This document shows, piece after piece, positions 1-9,773 of a DNA stretch of 64,000 bases. A model generated the notes under the pieces. The model was given only the letters and a program-made list of their open reading frames with translations. It was not told the origin of the DNA and ran no database searches. Every line of letters starts with the position of its first letter. Position 1 is the first letter of the stretch. Source of the stretch: Candidatus Woesearchaeota archaeon (GTDB taxonomy: Archaea > Nanobdellota > Nanobdellia > Woesearchaeales > SM23-78). The stretch covers positions 8,588 to 72,587 of the forward strand of contig JAFGDD010000008.1 of the NCBI GenBank assembly GCA_016932315.1, in the 5' to 3' direction. Position numbers and translations under genes: made by a program.

Positions 1-346
1 TTATGTCGCCGCGGTTAAAGCCGTTCCTGAAAGAATATTCCTGAAAATTAGCCTTGGTTATGTTAAGGGCAAGATAATAATCCTCGTTCTTAACCCACCA
101 ATCATCAAAATTCATTCCCTGGTGTTCCATGCTGTTGCTCACAACTGCGACTATAGGGAAGCCTGTGCCAAAGATTAGTCCAAGCCCCGGATAAACTATG
201 AACCTTATCAGGACGTAAGCCAGTATGATATTAACAATCCAGCTCCAGACAGAATTATCATGCCAGATAAAATGCCAGATTTGCTCCCATAGTGTCTTGG
301 GCTTCTTATGAGCATGAGCCTTTTCTTTTTGCTTTTTATCAATCAT
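1..346 (-). CDS. Signal peptidase I, archaeal Sec11/SPC18 type. The 3' end runs off the window start.
   Basis: Minus-strand translation from the ATG at 346 reads MIDKKQKEKAHAHKK, then a TM stretch (WSWIVNIILAYVLIRFIVYPGLGLIFG), then AVVSNSMEH...FNRGDI. This matches the S26B catalytic Ser box (SxSMEP) and the RGD(I/L) motif. No stop codon before position 1. Confidence 0.5.
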   Translation of the reverse strand, partial: MIDKKQKEKAHAHKKPKTLWEQIWHFIWHDNSVWSWIVNIILAYVLIRFIVYPGLGLIFGTGFPIVAVVSNSMEHQGMNFDDWWVKNEDYYLALNITKANFQEYSFRNGFNRGDI

Positions 347-457
347 TCTAAATCATGAGAAGCAGAGGGTTAAAAAAGCTTGTGGTTTTCATAGTTTATA
401 AATCCCTCCCAAAGCTTTAAAAACCCTGTTTGCTTCCCTTTTTTCTGTTAAGGGGGA

Positions 458-1339
458 GTGTTTTTTATGAAAGCAATTGCTCTTACATTGTGTTCTTGCA
501 ATCGTTACCTTGATAAGAATCAGTGGAAGCCTTATAAGAGTATTGAGAAGCTCGTGGCTGACAAAGTCAAGAAGCAAGTGCCAAAGGGCAAAGTATTAGT
601 TAAAAATCTTGAGCTTCCTCAAGCGCTAAAAGATAAGAGAGACCACGAAGTTATTGTCAAGGTTAAGAAGGAAGAAAAGATTATCCCAGTCAGCCTTAAG
701 CTGGTGAAGTGTGATGCTTGCGCAAGGGAAGGAACACAGTACTTTGAAGCCATCCTCCAAGTCAGGTGCAGCAATTACGAAATTCTTGAGAAGAGCATAA
801 ACTTTCTGCAGAAAAGAGTAAGTGAGCTAAGGCATAAGGGCATGTTCATCAACAAGGTAGAGCAGCAGGATGACGGCTTTGACCTGTACATGACTAACAG
901 GAAGATAACCCAGAACCTTGGCAAGGAATTACAGGAAGCATTCGGGGGAGAGTACAACGCCAGCCCTCAGCTCTTTACCAAGAACAAGCAAACCAGCAAG
1001 AACGTCTACCGCGTCAACGTGCTTGTCAGGCTGCCAAGCTTTGAAAGAGGAGACATAATCCTGGTAGATGACAGGGTTTACAAGGTTGAAAAGCTCGGAA
1101 GCAAGATAAAGCTCACAGACCTAGCCACCAATAACCAGCTAATAAGTGGTTATACAAAGCTTAGCTATGCAGTGCTCAAGAAGCACACAACTTATGTTTC
1201 AAGAACCCGCCCATACCTTGAAGTGATTAATCCTTTTGACTTCCAGAGCAGCATGGTAAGGAACAGGCCTGCTAACATGTTCGAGCTCGGCCAAGAAATA
1301 AAAGTAGTGGTACACAAAGGGATATTTGTGGTGGATTAG
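458..1339 (+). CDS. NMD3-like ribosomal export/maturation factor (tentative)
   Basis: 293-aa ORF with N-terminal Cys motifs (LCSCNRY, KCDACAREG) followed by a long beta-rich region, resembling archaeal NMD3-family proteins. Weak call from motif layout only. Confidence 0.3.
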   Translation: MFFMKAIALTLCSCNRYLDKNQWKPYKSIEKLVADKVKKQVPKGKVLVKNLELPQALKDKRDHEVIVKVKKEEKIIPVSLKLVKCDACAREGTQYFEAILQVRCSNYEILEKSINFLQKRVSELRHKGMFINKVEQQDDGFDLYMTNRKITQNLGKELQEAFGGEYNASPQLFTKNKQTSKNVYRVNVLVRLPSFERGDIILVDDRVYKVEKLGSKIKLTDLATNNQLISGYTKLSYAVLKKHTTYVSRTRPYLEVINPFDFQSSMVRNRPANMFELGQEIKVVVHKGIFVVD

Positions 1340-1354
1340 AAAATAACTAATAAT

Positions 1355-2509
1355 TTAGTCCTCTTTCCTCCTCTCCTTCTTATAATCTTCTAAAATATTC
1401 TTTAGGATATCCTTCTTTCTAATTGCTTCCTCAAGAGAATTCTTTTCTGCAATTGCAAAATTCTCATTCTGCTTTACTATTATTCCTTCTGGCTTTAGGA
1501 ATACAAATGTACTATCTCCGCGCTTTGGAACATTATCTGTTATTACCACTTTGACCTTGCCTTTTAATTCATCAATCACCTTCTGGCTTATGCTTCCAGG
1601 ATTATTGACAAACAAGATATCCCCTTGTTGTATGTCAAGGAATTTCTTTAAGATGAATTCGTCCCAGCTCAAATCATTCAGCTTCTTCACCAGCACCTTA
1701 TTTTTTAAGGCTATCAGGAAATCATCCTTCCGCCTAAGCTCTTTCTCGTAGTGCTGGGCCATTCTCATGTTGTCTTTGAGCTGCTTTGTATAAAATTTAA
1801 TCCTTTTCTCCTTGTAATCCACTAGTTCTTCTTTTGGCGCGCTTAATACTCTCTTGCTAAGCTTTCTTAGTATCACGTCCTTCTCGCCAATTAAGCGCTT
1901 TAAATTCCGATTCTCTTCTTCCAGCAAGATTATTTTTTCCTGCATCTCGCGAAGCATCTTCTCATTAAAGACAAGCTTCTCTGTCTCCTTCACTATTTGC
2001 TTTGGAGTTTCAATAATCCTGGCTTTGTCCTTTTGCTCTGCCATATTAAGAGCAGCATCAAGAGGCAGGTGTTCGTTGCGCATCATGATGAGCTTTACAG
2101 CCTCTTCAAGCTCTCTCTTATCATTCTCCTCAAGAAACTTTTCAATCTTGCCAAAGAATAACCTGTGCTTCTCAAATGCATGAACAGCAGATGCTAATGC
2201 ATCAATTTCGTGAGCATTAAGCTTGACATCAAAACCCTTGCTTATTTCGCGCTTCTCAGAAACCAATAAGTCCTGCCTTGGATAAGCCAGTTTTGCTCCA
2301 AGCTTCACTGCAAGGCTCTCTGCAAACCACGGCGGAGGATTCTTGTCGCAGCCAACAATCAAAGGCTTGCCAAAGCTTATGATATTATTTATTAGCTCAC
2401 TCATTGAAAATTCTTTTCCAGAGCCGCTGGTGATGAAATTTCCTTTATCATCAAGAACAGCATATCCTAATGTAGTGCCAGGGTCCACGCCGATAATAAG
2501 TAAAACCAT
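1355..2509 (-). CDS. DUF460-family archaeal protein with YqgF/RuvC-like RNase H-fold N-terminus and long coiled-coil
   Basis: N-terminus IIGVDPGTTLGYAVLD is a resolvase/YqgF-like motif. A K/E-rich coiled-coil middle is followed by a conserved C-terminal domain. Typical of archaeal COG2433. Confidence 0.5.
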   Translation of the reverse strand: MVLLIIGVDPGTTLGYAVLDDKGNFITSGSGKEFSMSELINNIISFGKPLIVGCDKNPPPWFAESLAVKLGAKLAYPRQDLLVSEKREISKGFDVKLNAHEIDALASAVHAFEKHRLFFGKIEKFLEENDKRELEEAVKLIMMRNEHLPLDAALNMAEQKDKARIIETPKQIVKETEKLVFNEKMLREMQEKIILLEEENRNLKRLIGEKDVILRKLSKRVLSAPKEELVDYKEKRIKFYTKQLKDNMRMAQHYEKELRRKDDFLIALKNKVLVKKLNDLSWDEFILKKFLDIQQGDILFVNNPGSISQKVIDELKGKVKVVITDNVPKRGDSTFVFLKPEGIIVKQNENFAIAEKNSLEEAIRKKDILKNILEDYKKERRKED

Positions 2510-2572
2510 GTTTTATATGCAGAAAATTTATATATTCTTATTAAGTTTGCGGAATTTTTGGGAGGGAGAGCC

Positions 2573-3598
2573 ATGGAATCTTATACTAGAGGAAAGCTTG
2601 GTATTATGAGCTGTGACTCTGGCAGGCCTTTTGCAGAGAAAGTCATTGCTGAGCTCAAATTAATGCTCGCAGATGAAGGAGCTTCTGACAGCGCAGAGAT
2701 TATCAAGACAAAGGAAACCAAGTTCGCCAATACAGAGCTAAAAACAGAGATTGGGGAGAGCATCAGAAACAGGGATGTTTACATATTCCAGGACTTAGAA
2801 AACAAGGAAGGCGGGTTGAGTGTTAATGATAATTTTATGGTCTTAAAAACAGCTATCCAGTCAGCTAATCTGGCTGATGCTCATTACATAACCGCAGTAA
2901 TCCCCGCATTCCCCTATGCCCGGCAGGATAAGCCTAAGACCAGGGAAGGCATAACTGCAGCTTTGGCTGCTTGGGAATTAGAAAGTGCAGGAGCTACTAG
3001 GGTTTTAACTCTTGACGTGCATAACGACGCTATTGCTGGCTTTTTCCGGAAGGCTAAGCTTGAGAACCTACACGCGTCAAAGAACATAATGGATTATCTG
3101 AAAGAAAAAATTGGAATAAAGGACTTAATCATTGTTGCGCCTGATGCAGGCGCTGCTGAACGGGCTGTTCATTACGCAAAAAAGCTTGGGACGCCGGTAG
3201 CATTGCTTCACAAGGAAAGGGATTATTCAAAAGTAAGCACTGTTGAGAACGTGCGCCTTGTAGGAGATGTCAATGGCAAGAAGGTTTTTGTGGTTGACGA
3301 CATAATAGACACAGCAGGAACCATGCTCAGGTCTGCGCAGAAGCTCAAGGAAGCAGGAGCAAAAGAGATATATTTTGCAGCCAGCCTTTGCCTGTTCAAC
3401 GGGCCAGCAATTGATAGGATAAACTCAGCGCATAAGGAAAAGCTGATTACCAAGATCATAGGAACAGATGCAGTATATCACGGAGAAGGATTCGCAAAAA
3501 ACAATCCTTGGTATGATGAAGTCAGCGTAGCCAAGTACTTTGCAAGAGTCATCTACAACATCAACAAAGGAATAAGCATAAGCAGACTGCTGGACTGA
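2573..3598 (+). CDS. prs: Ribose-phosphate pyrophosphokinase (PRPP synthetase)
   Basis: PRPP-binding loop VVDDIIDTAGT and the YARQDK flexible loop, length about 340 aa. GGAGGGA precedes the ATG at 2573. The ORF could alternatively start at 2558. Confidence 0.8.
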   Translation: MESYTRGKLGIMSCDSGRPFAEKVIAELKLMLADEGASDSAEIIKTKETKFANTELKTEIGESIRNRDVYIFQDLENKEGGLSVNDNFMVLKTAIQSANLADAHYITAVIPAFPYARQDKPKTREGITAALAAWELESAGATRVLTLDVHNDAIAGFFRKAKLENLHASKNIMDYLKEKIGIKDLIIVAPDAGAAERAVHYAKKLGTPVALLHKERDYSKVSTVENVRLVGDVNGKKVFVVDDIIDTAGTMLRSAQKLKEAGAKEIYFAASLCLFNGPAIDRINSAHKEKLITKIIGTDAVYHGEGFAKNNPWYDEVSVAKYFARVIYNINKGISISRLLD

Positions 3599-3636
3599 AT
3601 TGTTTTTATTCTTTTTATGTTTTTTATTCTTGCTTT

Positions 3637-5235
3637 TTATTCCTCATCATATTTCATTATAGAAGTCTGCCCTTTTCTCTTAGTTTCTTTAACCTGCACT
3701 TTTTCTTCTCGCAAGTCCTCACCTACCTGTTTCTTGATTGACAAGGCAACCATTTTTCCAATTAGTTGTGTTAGCAGGCTCAAGTCTGCTTTCTTCACAT
3801 CCTCGATGTCTTTTATCTTGTTTTGATAAAGCTTTCTCGCTCTTATTCTTCCGATGTTCTTGAATCTCAGCAACGGAAGCAGTTCTTCTTTTGCTCCGTA
3901 TTTCAGGCGCATCCTTATCTTTGCTATTTCTTTTATTAATCCGTGCAGTTTTATCAGCTTTGCAAGTTCTTCAGAAGAATACAATAGCCAATCTGCAAGG
4001 TCAAGCTTGACTCTGGTCTCTCCTGGGCGTACATTGAATTTCTCAAGCAATGTTTCCTCATCTACTTCGTTTATCCAGTCATAAAAGAATAATGCAGTCT
4101 TCATGCTTTTCAGGTATTCCTCGTATTCTGGCTCAAACATGCTAGGCTCTAGCGAGAGTATTGATGAGCTGAACTCATTGGCTTTTTGCTCTATCAAATC
4201 ATACTCTTTTACTTTTACTGTTAGCAAAGGCCTCATTTCTATTGTGTATGAAAGCATTTGCAGGAATGAGAAATCCTTTAGTATCTTGGTTTCTGCTCTT
4301 CGCATGCATGTTATCAGGTAATGAGCAGTGTAAGGGTCAAGGTAGAGCTGGCTTACTCTCTGCCCGAGTATTGTTGCTTCCAAACCTGTTTCTTTTTCTT
4401 CTTTTCGCCCCTCTTTTCCCTCATTCTTATTATCAATTATTTCTATGAACCCCCATTCTTTCAATGATTTAAGGATTCTCTTGATTATTTCTTCCAATTG
4501 CCTTACATCGCCGAATTGGTGGGCGTAGAATGTTTTCTTGAAGAAATCCATTAATGATTTTTTTGTATTAGCGTATTCTGTGGCTACTAGGCTGAGAACA
4601 TAAGTCCTTAGCACAGGCTCAACTGCTAGCTTGCTAAGTATATCCTCTGTTTCGCCGTTAATATAATTGTCAAAAATCTTTTCTTTTTCAGAATCAGTTT
4701 CTGCAATGCAAAGAGCTTCTCCGTACTCATCATTAAAGTCAGGCCTGCCTGCTCTGCCGCAGAACTGCTGGAATTCAAGCACAGGAATCCACGACATGCC
4801 TCTTGGTGAGCTAAATCTTTTCAAGTCCCGCACAATAACTCTGAAAGCAGGAAGGTTCAATCCATAAGCCAGCGTTGGCGTTGCGCAAATTATTTTTATT
4901 AATCCGCTCCTGAAATTATCCTCTATTAATTCCCTTTGCTGGGAGTGCAAGCCTGCATGATGGAAAGCAACCCCGCTCCTGACGCACAACGCAAGCCTTT
5001 GGCATTGCTTGGTAGGCTTGTCAAGCGCGTTAAGCACATTGCTGGCAAGCAATTCAAGCTTATCCCTGTCAGAACCATCAATCTTGACTTTTGCGCTAAT
5101 CCTCTCAGCCTCAGCCTCTGCGCTGCTCTTGGAATTGACAAAAACCAAAGCCTGCTTCTTCCTCTCAAGAGTGTCCAGGCAGATGTTAAGAACGCTGTGC
5201 TCATACAGATGCTTAATCTTGAGGGTTTTTTGCAT
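3637..5235 (-). CDS. Hel308/Ski2-like helicase, C-terminal portion only (RecA2 + winged-helix + ratchet + HLH). N-terminal RecA1/Walker domain absent.
   Basis: ALVFVNSKSSAE..GVAFHHAGL..IKIICATPTLAYGLNLPAFRVIVRD..QQFCGRAGRP are helicase motifs IV-VI of Hel308. No Walker A or DExH motifs. Only 38 bp separate the ORF start from the next gene, which is in another frame. Confidence 0.7.
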   Translation of the reverse strand: MQKTLKIKHLYEHSVLNICLDTLERKKQALVFVNSKSSAEAEAERISAKVKIDGSDRDKLELLASNVLNALDKPTKQCQRLALCVRSGVAFHHAGLHSQQRELIEDNFRSGLIKIICATPTLAYGLNLPAFRVIVRDLKRFSSPRGMSWIPVLEFQQFCGRAGRPDFNDEYGEALCIAETDSEKEKIFDNYINGETEDILSKLAVEPVLRTYVLSLVATEYANTKKSLMDFFKKTFYAHQFGDVRQLEEIIKRILKSLKEWGFIEIIDNKNEGKEGRKEEKETGLEATILGQRVSQLYLDPYTAHYLITCMRRAETKILKDFSFLQMLSYTIEMRPLLTVKVKEYDLIEQKANEFSSSILSLEPSMFEPEYEEYLKSMKTALFFYDWINEVDEETLLEKFNVRPGETRVKLDLADWLLYSSEELAKLIKLHGLIKEIAKIRMRLKYGAKEELLPLLRFKNIGRIRARKLYQNKIKDIEDVKKADLSLLTQLIGKMVALSIKKQVGEDLREEKVQVKETKRKGQTSIMKYDEE

Positions 5236-5272
5236 TAAAACAAAGCGAAGAGAAGCGTTCTTATAAAACTTT

Positions 5273-7159
5273 TTACTCAGTCAGCTTGTTCAGCTCTTCA
5301 ATATCCTTTTGTATTAGGTCATAGAAGTGCTGCGAGAATTCCCTGGGGCGTATGTCAAAGCCAACCTCTCTCTTGAGAACCTCTTCTATTGATGCATCAC
5401 CTGCTGACATAATATTTATTATGTTAGGCACAATTTTTTCTCCTTGCTTTTTGTACTGCTCATGCAATGCATAACCATTAATGAATCCAAATGGATAAGA
5501 AAAGTCCTGGCCAGGGGCGCAGAAAAGGTTGGATGCTGTCAGCCATTCATCCTTGAAGTATTCTGGTACATGAATGTCCTCCCCAAAATGTTCCTTAAGC
5601 CTCTTTAGGTATAGCGTGGACAAGTCTCCTATCTCTGACCTTGGAGAGTTTATCAGGTTGTGGGCTTCCTTCTCAAAATTGACAAGGAAAGCCTTTCTTA
5701 CTGTTGAATAATAAGCCTGGTCGAGGAAATGCATAATATACCTCTTTTTCAGCTCAGGATTGTCTTTGGCTTCGTCAAAGAAGTCATCAAAGAGCAACAT
5801 CTGAAAAAAGAAAGAGCTTATCTCTGCTACTGGCTCTGAGGGGTTGTATGTAAGCACATTATTCTTCTTGCAGCTAAAATAATTTTGAATGGCGTGGCCG
5901 AACTCGTGCACCGAGTCTATACAGTCATTTACAGAGCCTGTGTAATTCGTCAGGATGTAAGGCAGGATGCTTGGAGGAGTGGAATAGCAGAAGGCCCCAC
6001 ACCACTTATTCTTCTGCGGCTTGGAATGAATATATCCCTTATTTGCCATCTCCAAGATGACATTGGCTGCCTCCGGGTAAAAATTATAAAACACTTTCAA
6101 TATCCGGTTCATGCCTACTTCAAAACCTATTTTTTTATGGTTCTTGCCGTTAGAATTGATGTCAATATCAATACAGCTCATCCTTCCTCTTATGCCGATT
6201 AGTTTTCTCTTAATCTTAGAGAAATAATCAGTGGTGAACAAATGAGTGTTCTGCTTGGAAACATCTAGAAAGGTGTTGACAATGCCGTCATCAATTCCAT
6301 TCTCAAAGTTTATCTGAGCAAAGGTGGATGCATATTTCCTCTGGTCAGACTCTGCCTTAAGCTCTGTGCTCTGGACGATGAAAGAGCCTCCAACAGTATC
6401 CTTAACCTCGCCATACTTTCTGAACAACTCCTTATGAGCCTGTTCCCTCATCTGCTTTTTCTTATGATGTAGGTAAGCTCCGAGCTGTATCTCATCAAGC
6501 ACCCTGGTCCTTAGAACGTTCTTCTTCCTCTTAGAGCCTTTCCTTCTTATCTTGACGTGCTCCTGAATCGTGAATTTCAGGTTTGAAGTCACTTCTTCAT
6601 AGTATTCTGAGCGCTCCACCTGGCCGAGCATGTGCAGTGAGTTAAGGATTTTCTCAATGCCCTCATCAAGGATGTGAGGCTTAAACCTCCTCTCCTCTCT
6701 CAAGAAGGGCTCATACTCTCCCGACTGCTCGGCAAGCCTCTCAAAATTCTCATCATCAACCTCTTTTCCTACCCATGATTCAAAGAACAACAGCCTGTTG
6801 CTAATCCTGGCATCGAAAAGCCGGATATCATACCTGTTCTTCTTATTCACGTCGCTCTTATAATCCTCAGAAAATTTTAGATAACTAGCATCATAAAGCC
6901 TCCAAAGGCTTTCCTTGATACCAGCGTAATGCTGAATCAAAGAAAGAAAATCCTGGCTATCTATTGATGGCGAAAGCAAGCCCCTCCTGCTCTCAAACTC
7001 CCTCACTCTCCTCTCTATCTCCTTTTTCTTCCTATCAAGAACAGGGGAAAAGTCTCCGTCATGACGAGCCACAATCCTCTCAAGGTTTTTGCGGTTTTCT
7101 GGCGTCCCATCAGACAGCAAGTGAAGCAAATCCCAAGGCTTCAGCCTAAATCTCTTCAT
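5273..7159 (-). CDS. pepF: Oligoendopeptidase F-like M3B zinc metallopeptidase
   Basis: 628 aa with HEFGH zinc-binding motif (VHEFGHAIQNYF) and a downstream Glu. Size and layout match M3B PepF. Confidence 0.7.
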   Translation of the reverse strand: MKRFRLKPWDLLHLLSDGTPENRKNLERIVARHDGDFSPVLDRKKKEIERRVREFESRRGLLSPSIDSQDFLSLIQHYAGIKESLWRLYDASYLKFSEDYKSDVNKKNRYDIRLFDARISNRLLFFESWVGKEVDDENFERLAEQSGEYEPFLREERRFKPHILDEGIEKILNSLHMLGQVERSEYYEEVTSNLKFTIQEHVKIRRKGSKRKKNVLRTRVLDEIQLGAYLHHKKKQMREQAHKELFRKYGEVKDTVGGSFIVQSTELKAESDQRKYASTFAQINFENGIDDGIVNTFLDVSKQNTHLFTTDYFSKIKRKLIGIRGRMSCIDIDINSNGKNHKKIGFEVGMNRILKVFYNFYPEAANVILEMANKGYIHSKPQKNKWCGAFCYSTPPSILPYILTNYTGSVNDCIDSVHEFGHAIQNYFSCKKNNVLTYNPSEPVAEISSFFFQMLLFDDFFDEAKDNPELKKRYIMHFLDQAYYSTVRKAFLVNFEKEAHNLINSPRSEIGDLSTLYLKRLKEHFGEDIHVPEYFKDEWLTASNLFCAPGQDFSYPFGFINGYALHEQYKKQGEKIVPNIINIMSAGDASIEEVLKREVGFDIRPREFSQHFYDLIQKDIEELNKLTE

Positions 7160-7605
7160 CTATTAAGCTCCCATCACCCCTTCCGAAATAAACAATGTCG
7201 TCATTATTTAATAAATTTTTGGTTTTGTGTTCATCGCGGAATTTCATCGTCAATCAGCAGGATAGAAAAAATAATGAGCCCACCGTGACATTCAGAGATT
7301 TTGCATTTCGTAAGTTTCGGAGGACTTAACGAAGTTAATGCCCTCCTTAAACGCTTTTTACGAGATTTTTTGCAAAAATCTCATTTGAACACGGGACCCC
7401 ACGATATCTGCTCCCACGCTCAGAAATTCTTGGAATTTCTGGCGCCTCGCGCTTACGCGCTACGGTATCAGTCGTGTGCTCCAGTTGCCTAATACCTTTA
7501 CGAAGTCTTTCTTAGTCCGTGGAATTTCACGAAGTGAATATCCCACTTAACTTTTTCCCTTAAGGCTTTCGCAAAGGCTTACCAGGCTAAGCTATGGGCT
7601 CAAAG

Positions 7606-7693
7606 CGCCTCCAGCCGGATTTGAACCGACGACCGCGCGGTTTCAGTATAAAAAATTTAACAGCCGCGAGCTCCACCGCTAAGCTATGGAGGC
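7606..7693 (-). tRNA. tRNA-Asn (anticodon GUU) with a ~16-nt intron at the canonical 37/38 position
   Basis: Reverse complement gives GCCTCCA acceptor, D arm GCTT/AGCGGTG/GAGC and anticodon stem CGCGG/CCGCG. The loop is CTGTTA[AATTTTTTATACTGAA]A. T arm is GTCGG-TTCAAAT-CCGGC with acceptor 3' TGGAGGC-G. CCA is not encoded. Confidence 0.7.
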
Positions 7694-7765
7694 ATTTATT
7701 ATTAGGGAATTGAACTAATAAACTGTTTATATAGTTTTCTTTTAATTAATATAGAAAGAGTATTT

Positions 7766-9160
7766 TTAAATCTTCTTAACCCTCGGACCCTCAGAGGTGT
7801 CCTCGAGAACATAGCCTTTGACTTTTATATCCGCTCTAATCTTATCTGAGAGCTTGAAATCCTTTTTCTTCCTCGCTTCTTCCCGCTTATCAACAAGTTC
7901 CTGCACATCAACAGGTATGTCTATCTTTTCTTCTTTCAGCAAGTCAAAGCCGAGTATCTCGTCAAAATCAGCTATTAATTCCAGCTTGGTATTTGGGCTC
8001 ATAGCATTGTCTGTTATCATCTGGTTAAGGTTGGCGAGCGCTTGGGGCATGTTAAGGTCATCATTAACTGCTTGCATAAAAATTGTTCGGTATTTCTCCT
8101 TGAATTCAGGATTGACCTCGCCGCCTGCCTGCCTCTTTATCTCACTAATCCTGTTCTTCAAGGAATTATAAGCACTGGCTGCTGTGTCAAGCCCTTCCCA
8201 GCTGAACATTAACTGCTTCCTGTAATGAGTTCCTAAACAGAAGTATCTGTAAGCAAGAGGGTCATAGCCCTTGTCAATAAGTGATTGCAAAGTCAGGAAC
8301 CCTCCTGCACTCTTAGCCATCTTGCCCTTATCCATCACCAAGAATTCGCCGTGAAGCCAGTACTTGACCCAGGGCTTCTTCTGAAAAGCAGCCTCTGCCT
8401 GAGCAATCTCGTTAGTATGATGCACAGGAATATGATCTATCCCTCCGGTGTGGATGTCAAACTGCTCTCCTAGGTAATGCGAGCTCATGGCAGAGCACTC
8501 AATATGCCAGCCAGGATAGCCAATGCCCCAGGGGCTTTCCCATTTCATCTCCTGAGCCCCAAACTTTGACTTAGTAAACCAGAGAACAAAATCAGTCGGG
8601 CTCTTTTTGTTCTGGTCCTTGTCAGTCCTGGCGCCCTCTTTGAGTTCATCCAGTTTTAGTCTTGCCAATTTGCCGTAATCATCAAGCTTGGCAGTGTCAA
8701 AGTAAAGGTTGCCGCCTTTGAAATAAGCAAATCCGTTCTTTTCTATCTTCTCATTCATCTCAATCATCTGCTTGATATGCTCAGTAGCCTTGCAAATAAT
8801 CTCAGGCTTCTGGATGTTAAGCCTGCCTGTATCCTTAAAAAATGATTCAGTGTAAAACTTCGCAATCTCCAGAGCAGACTTATGCTCTCTCTTAGAAGCC
8901 AACAGCATCTTATCCTCTCCCTCATCAGAATCGCTTGTTAAATGGCCGACATCAGTAATGTTCATTACCTGATTGAGCTCAAAGCCGTTCTTAATAAGAG
9001 TTCTGCGCAGTATATCATTAAAGATGTAAGTCCTCAAGTTGCCAATATGGGCGTAATTATAGACAGTAGGGCCGCAAGAATACATCCCGACTTTTTTGGC
9101 ATGAATAGGCTTGAACTCCTCCTTCTTCCTTCCAAGCGTGTTATACACTTTTAATGCCAT
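7766..9160 (-). CDS. cysS: Cysteinyl-tRNA synthetase
   Basis: HIGH motif (AHIGNLRTY), KMSKS motif (KMAKSAGG) and Cys-binding WHIECS. Start taken at MALKVYNTLGRKKEEF. Confidence 0.9.
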   Translation of the reverse strand: MALKVYNTLGRKKEEFKPIHAKKVGMYSCGPTVYNYAHIGNLRTYIFNDILRRTLIKNGFELNQVMNITDVGHLTSDSDEGEDKMLLASKREHKSALEIAKFYTESFFKDTGRLNIQKPEIICKATEHIKQMIEMNEKIEKNGFAYFKGGNLYFDTAKLDDYGKLARLKLDELKEGARTDKDQNKKSPTDFVLWFTKSKFGAQEMKWESPWGIGYPGWHIECSAMSSHYLGEQFDIHTGGIDHIPVHHTNEIAQAEAAFQKKPWVKYWLHGEFLVMDKGKMAKSAGGFLTLQSLIDKGYDPLAYRYFCLGTHYRKQLMFSWEGLDTAASAYNSLKNRISEIKRQAGGEVNPEFKEKYRTIFMQAVNDDLNMPQALANLNQMITDNAMSPNTKLELIADFDEILGFDLLKEEKIDIPVDVQELVDKREEARKKKDFKLSDKIRADIKVKGYVLEDTSEGPRVKKI

Positions 9161-9278
9161 GATAAACACCAATAATATAGAGGGTTTTTTAAAGGTTACT
9201 AAAAGGAACAACAAAGATGAAATCTTTGCATGTTGTCATAAAGAAACATTAATAAACAGCTTTCTATTAAGCTCCTGG

Positions 9279-9773
9279 ATGAGTTATCTCATTATTATCC
9301 GCGGTCCTTTAGGCGTTGGCAAATCCACGGTTGCAAAGAAACTCGCACGTTCCATTAAAGGAAAATACGTCTCAGTTGATGAATTGCTTGCAAAACATGG
9401 TCTTGACAATGTTGACAGGAAAGAAGGCTGCATCCCCCTCAAGAATTTTATTAGGCTCAACGAAATCATCTTACCTGAAATAAAAAGCTTCTTAGCCAAA
9501 GGCACTGACGTTGTTGTTGACGGCAATTTCTATCATAAGGCACAGATAGAGCATTTGATTAATAGTATCCTGCCTAACAAATCTTGTGTTTTTACACTTA
9601 CTGCATCTTTAAACGATTGCATCCAAAGAGATAAATCCAGGAAAAAATGCTATGGAGCAAAGGCAACCAGAGCTGTTTATGAATTGGTTTCAAAAGTCAA
9701 TTATGGAAAAAAGGTTCTCACATCAGGCAAAACCGCAGATCAGATTGTAAAGAAAATTATTTCTTTGCAATAG
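9279..9773 (+). CDS. Small P-loop kinase (AAA_33/PSTK-Kti12-like fold)
   Basis: Walker A IIIRGPLGVGKST at the N-terminus and Walker B-like VVVDGNFY. Start moved to MSYLIII to avoid overlap with cysS. Confidence 0.5.
   Translation: MSYLIIIRGPLGVGKSTVAKKLARSIKGKYVSVDELLAKHGLDNVDRKEGCIPLKNFIRLNEIILPEIKSFLAKGTDVVVDGNFYHKAQIEHLINSILPNKSCVFTLTASLNDCIQRDKSRKKCYGAKATRAVYELVSKVNYGKKVLTSGKTADQIVKKIISLQ

Noticed and set aside
5885-7492. Several 60-105-aa plus-strand ORFs inside and after pepF
   Set aside because: Antisense to the M3 peptidase or lying in the non-coding region upstream of the tRNA. Low-complexity Ser/Pro-rich translations.
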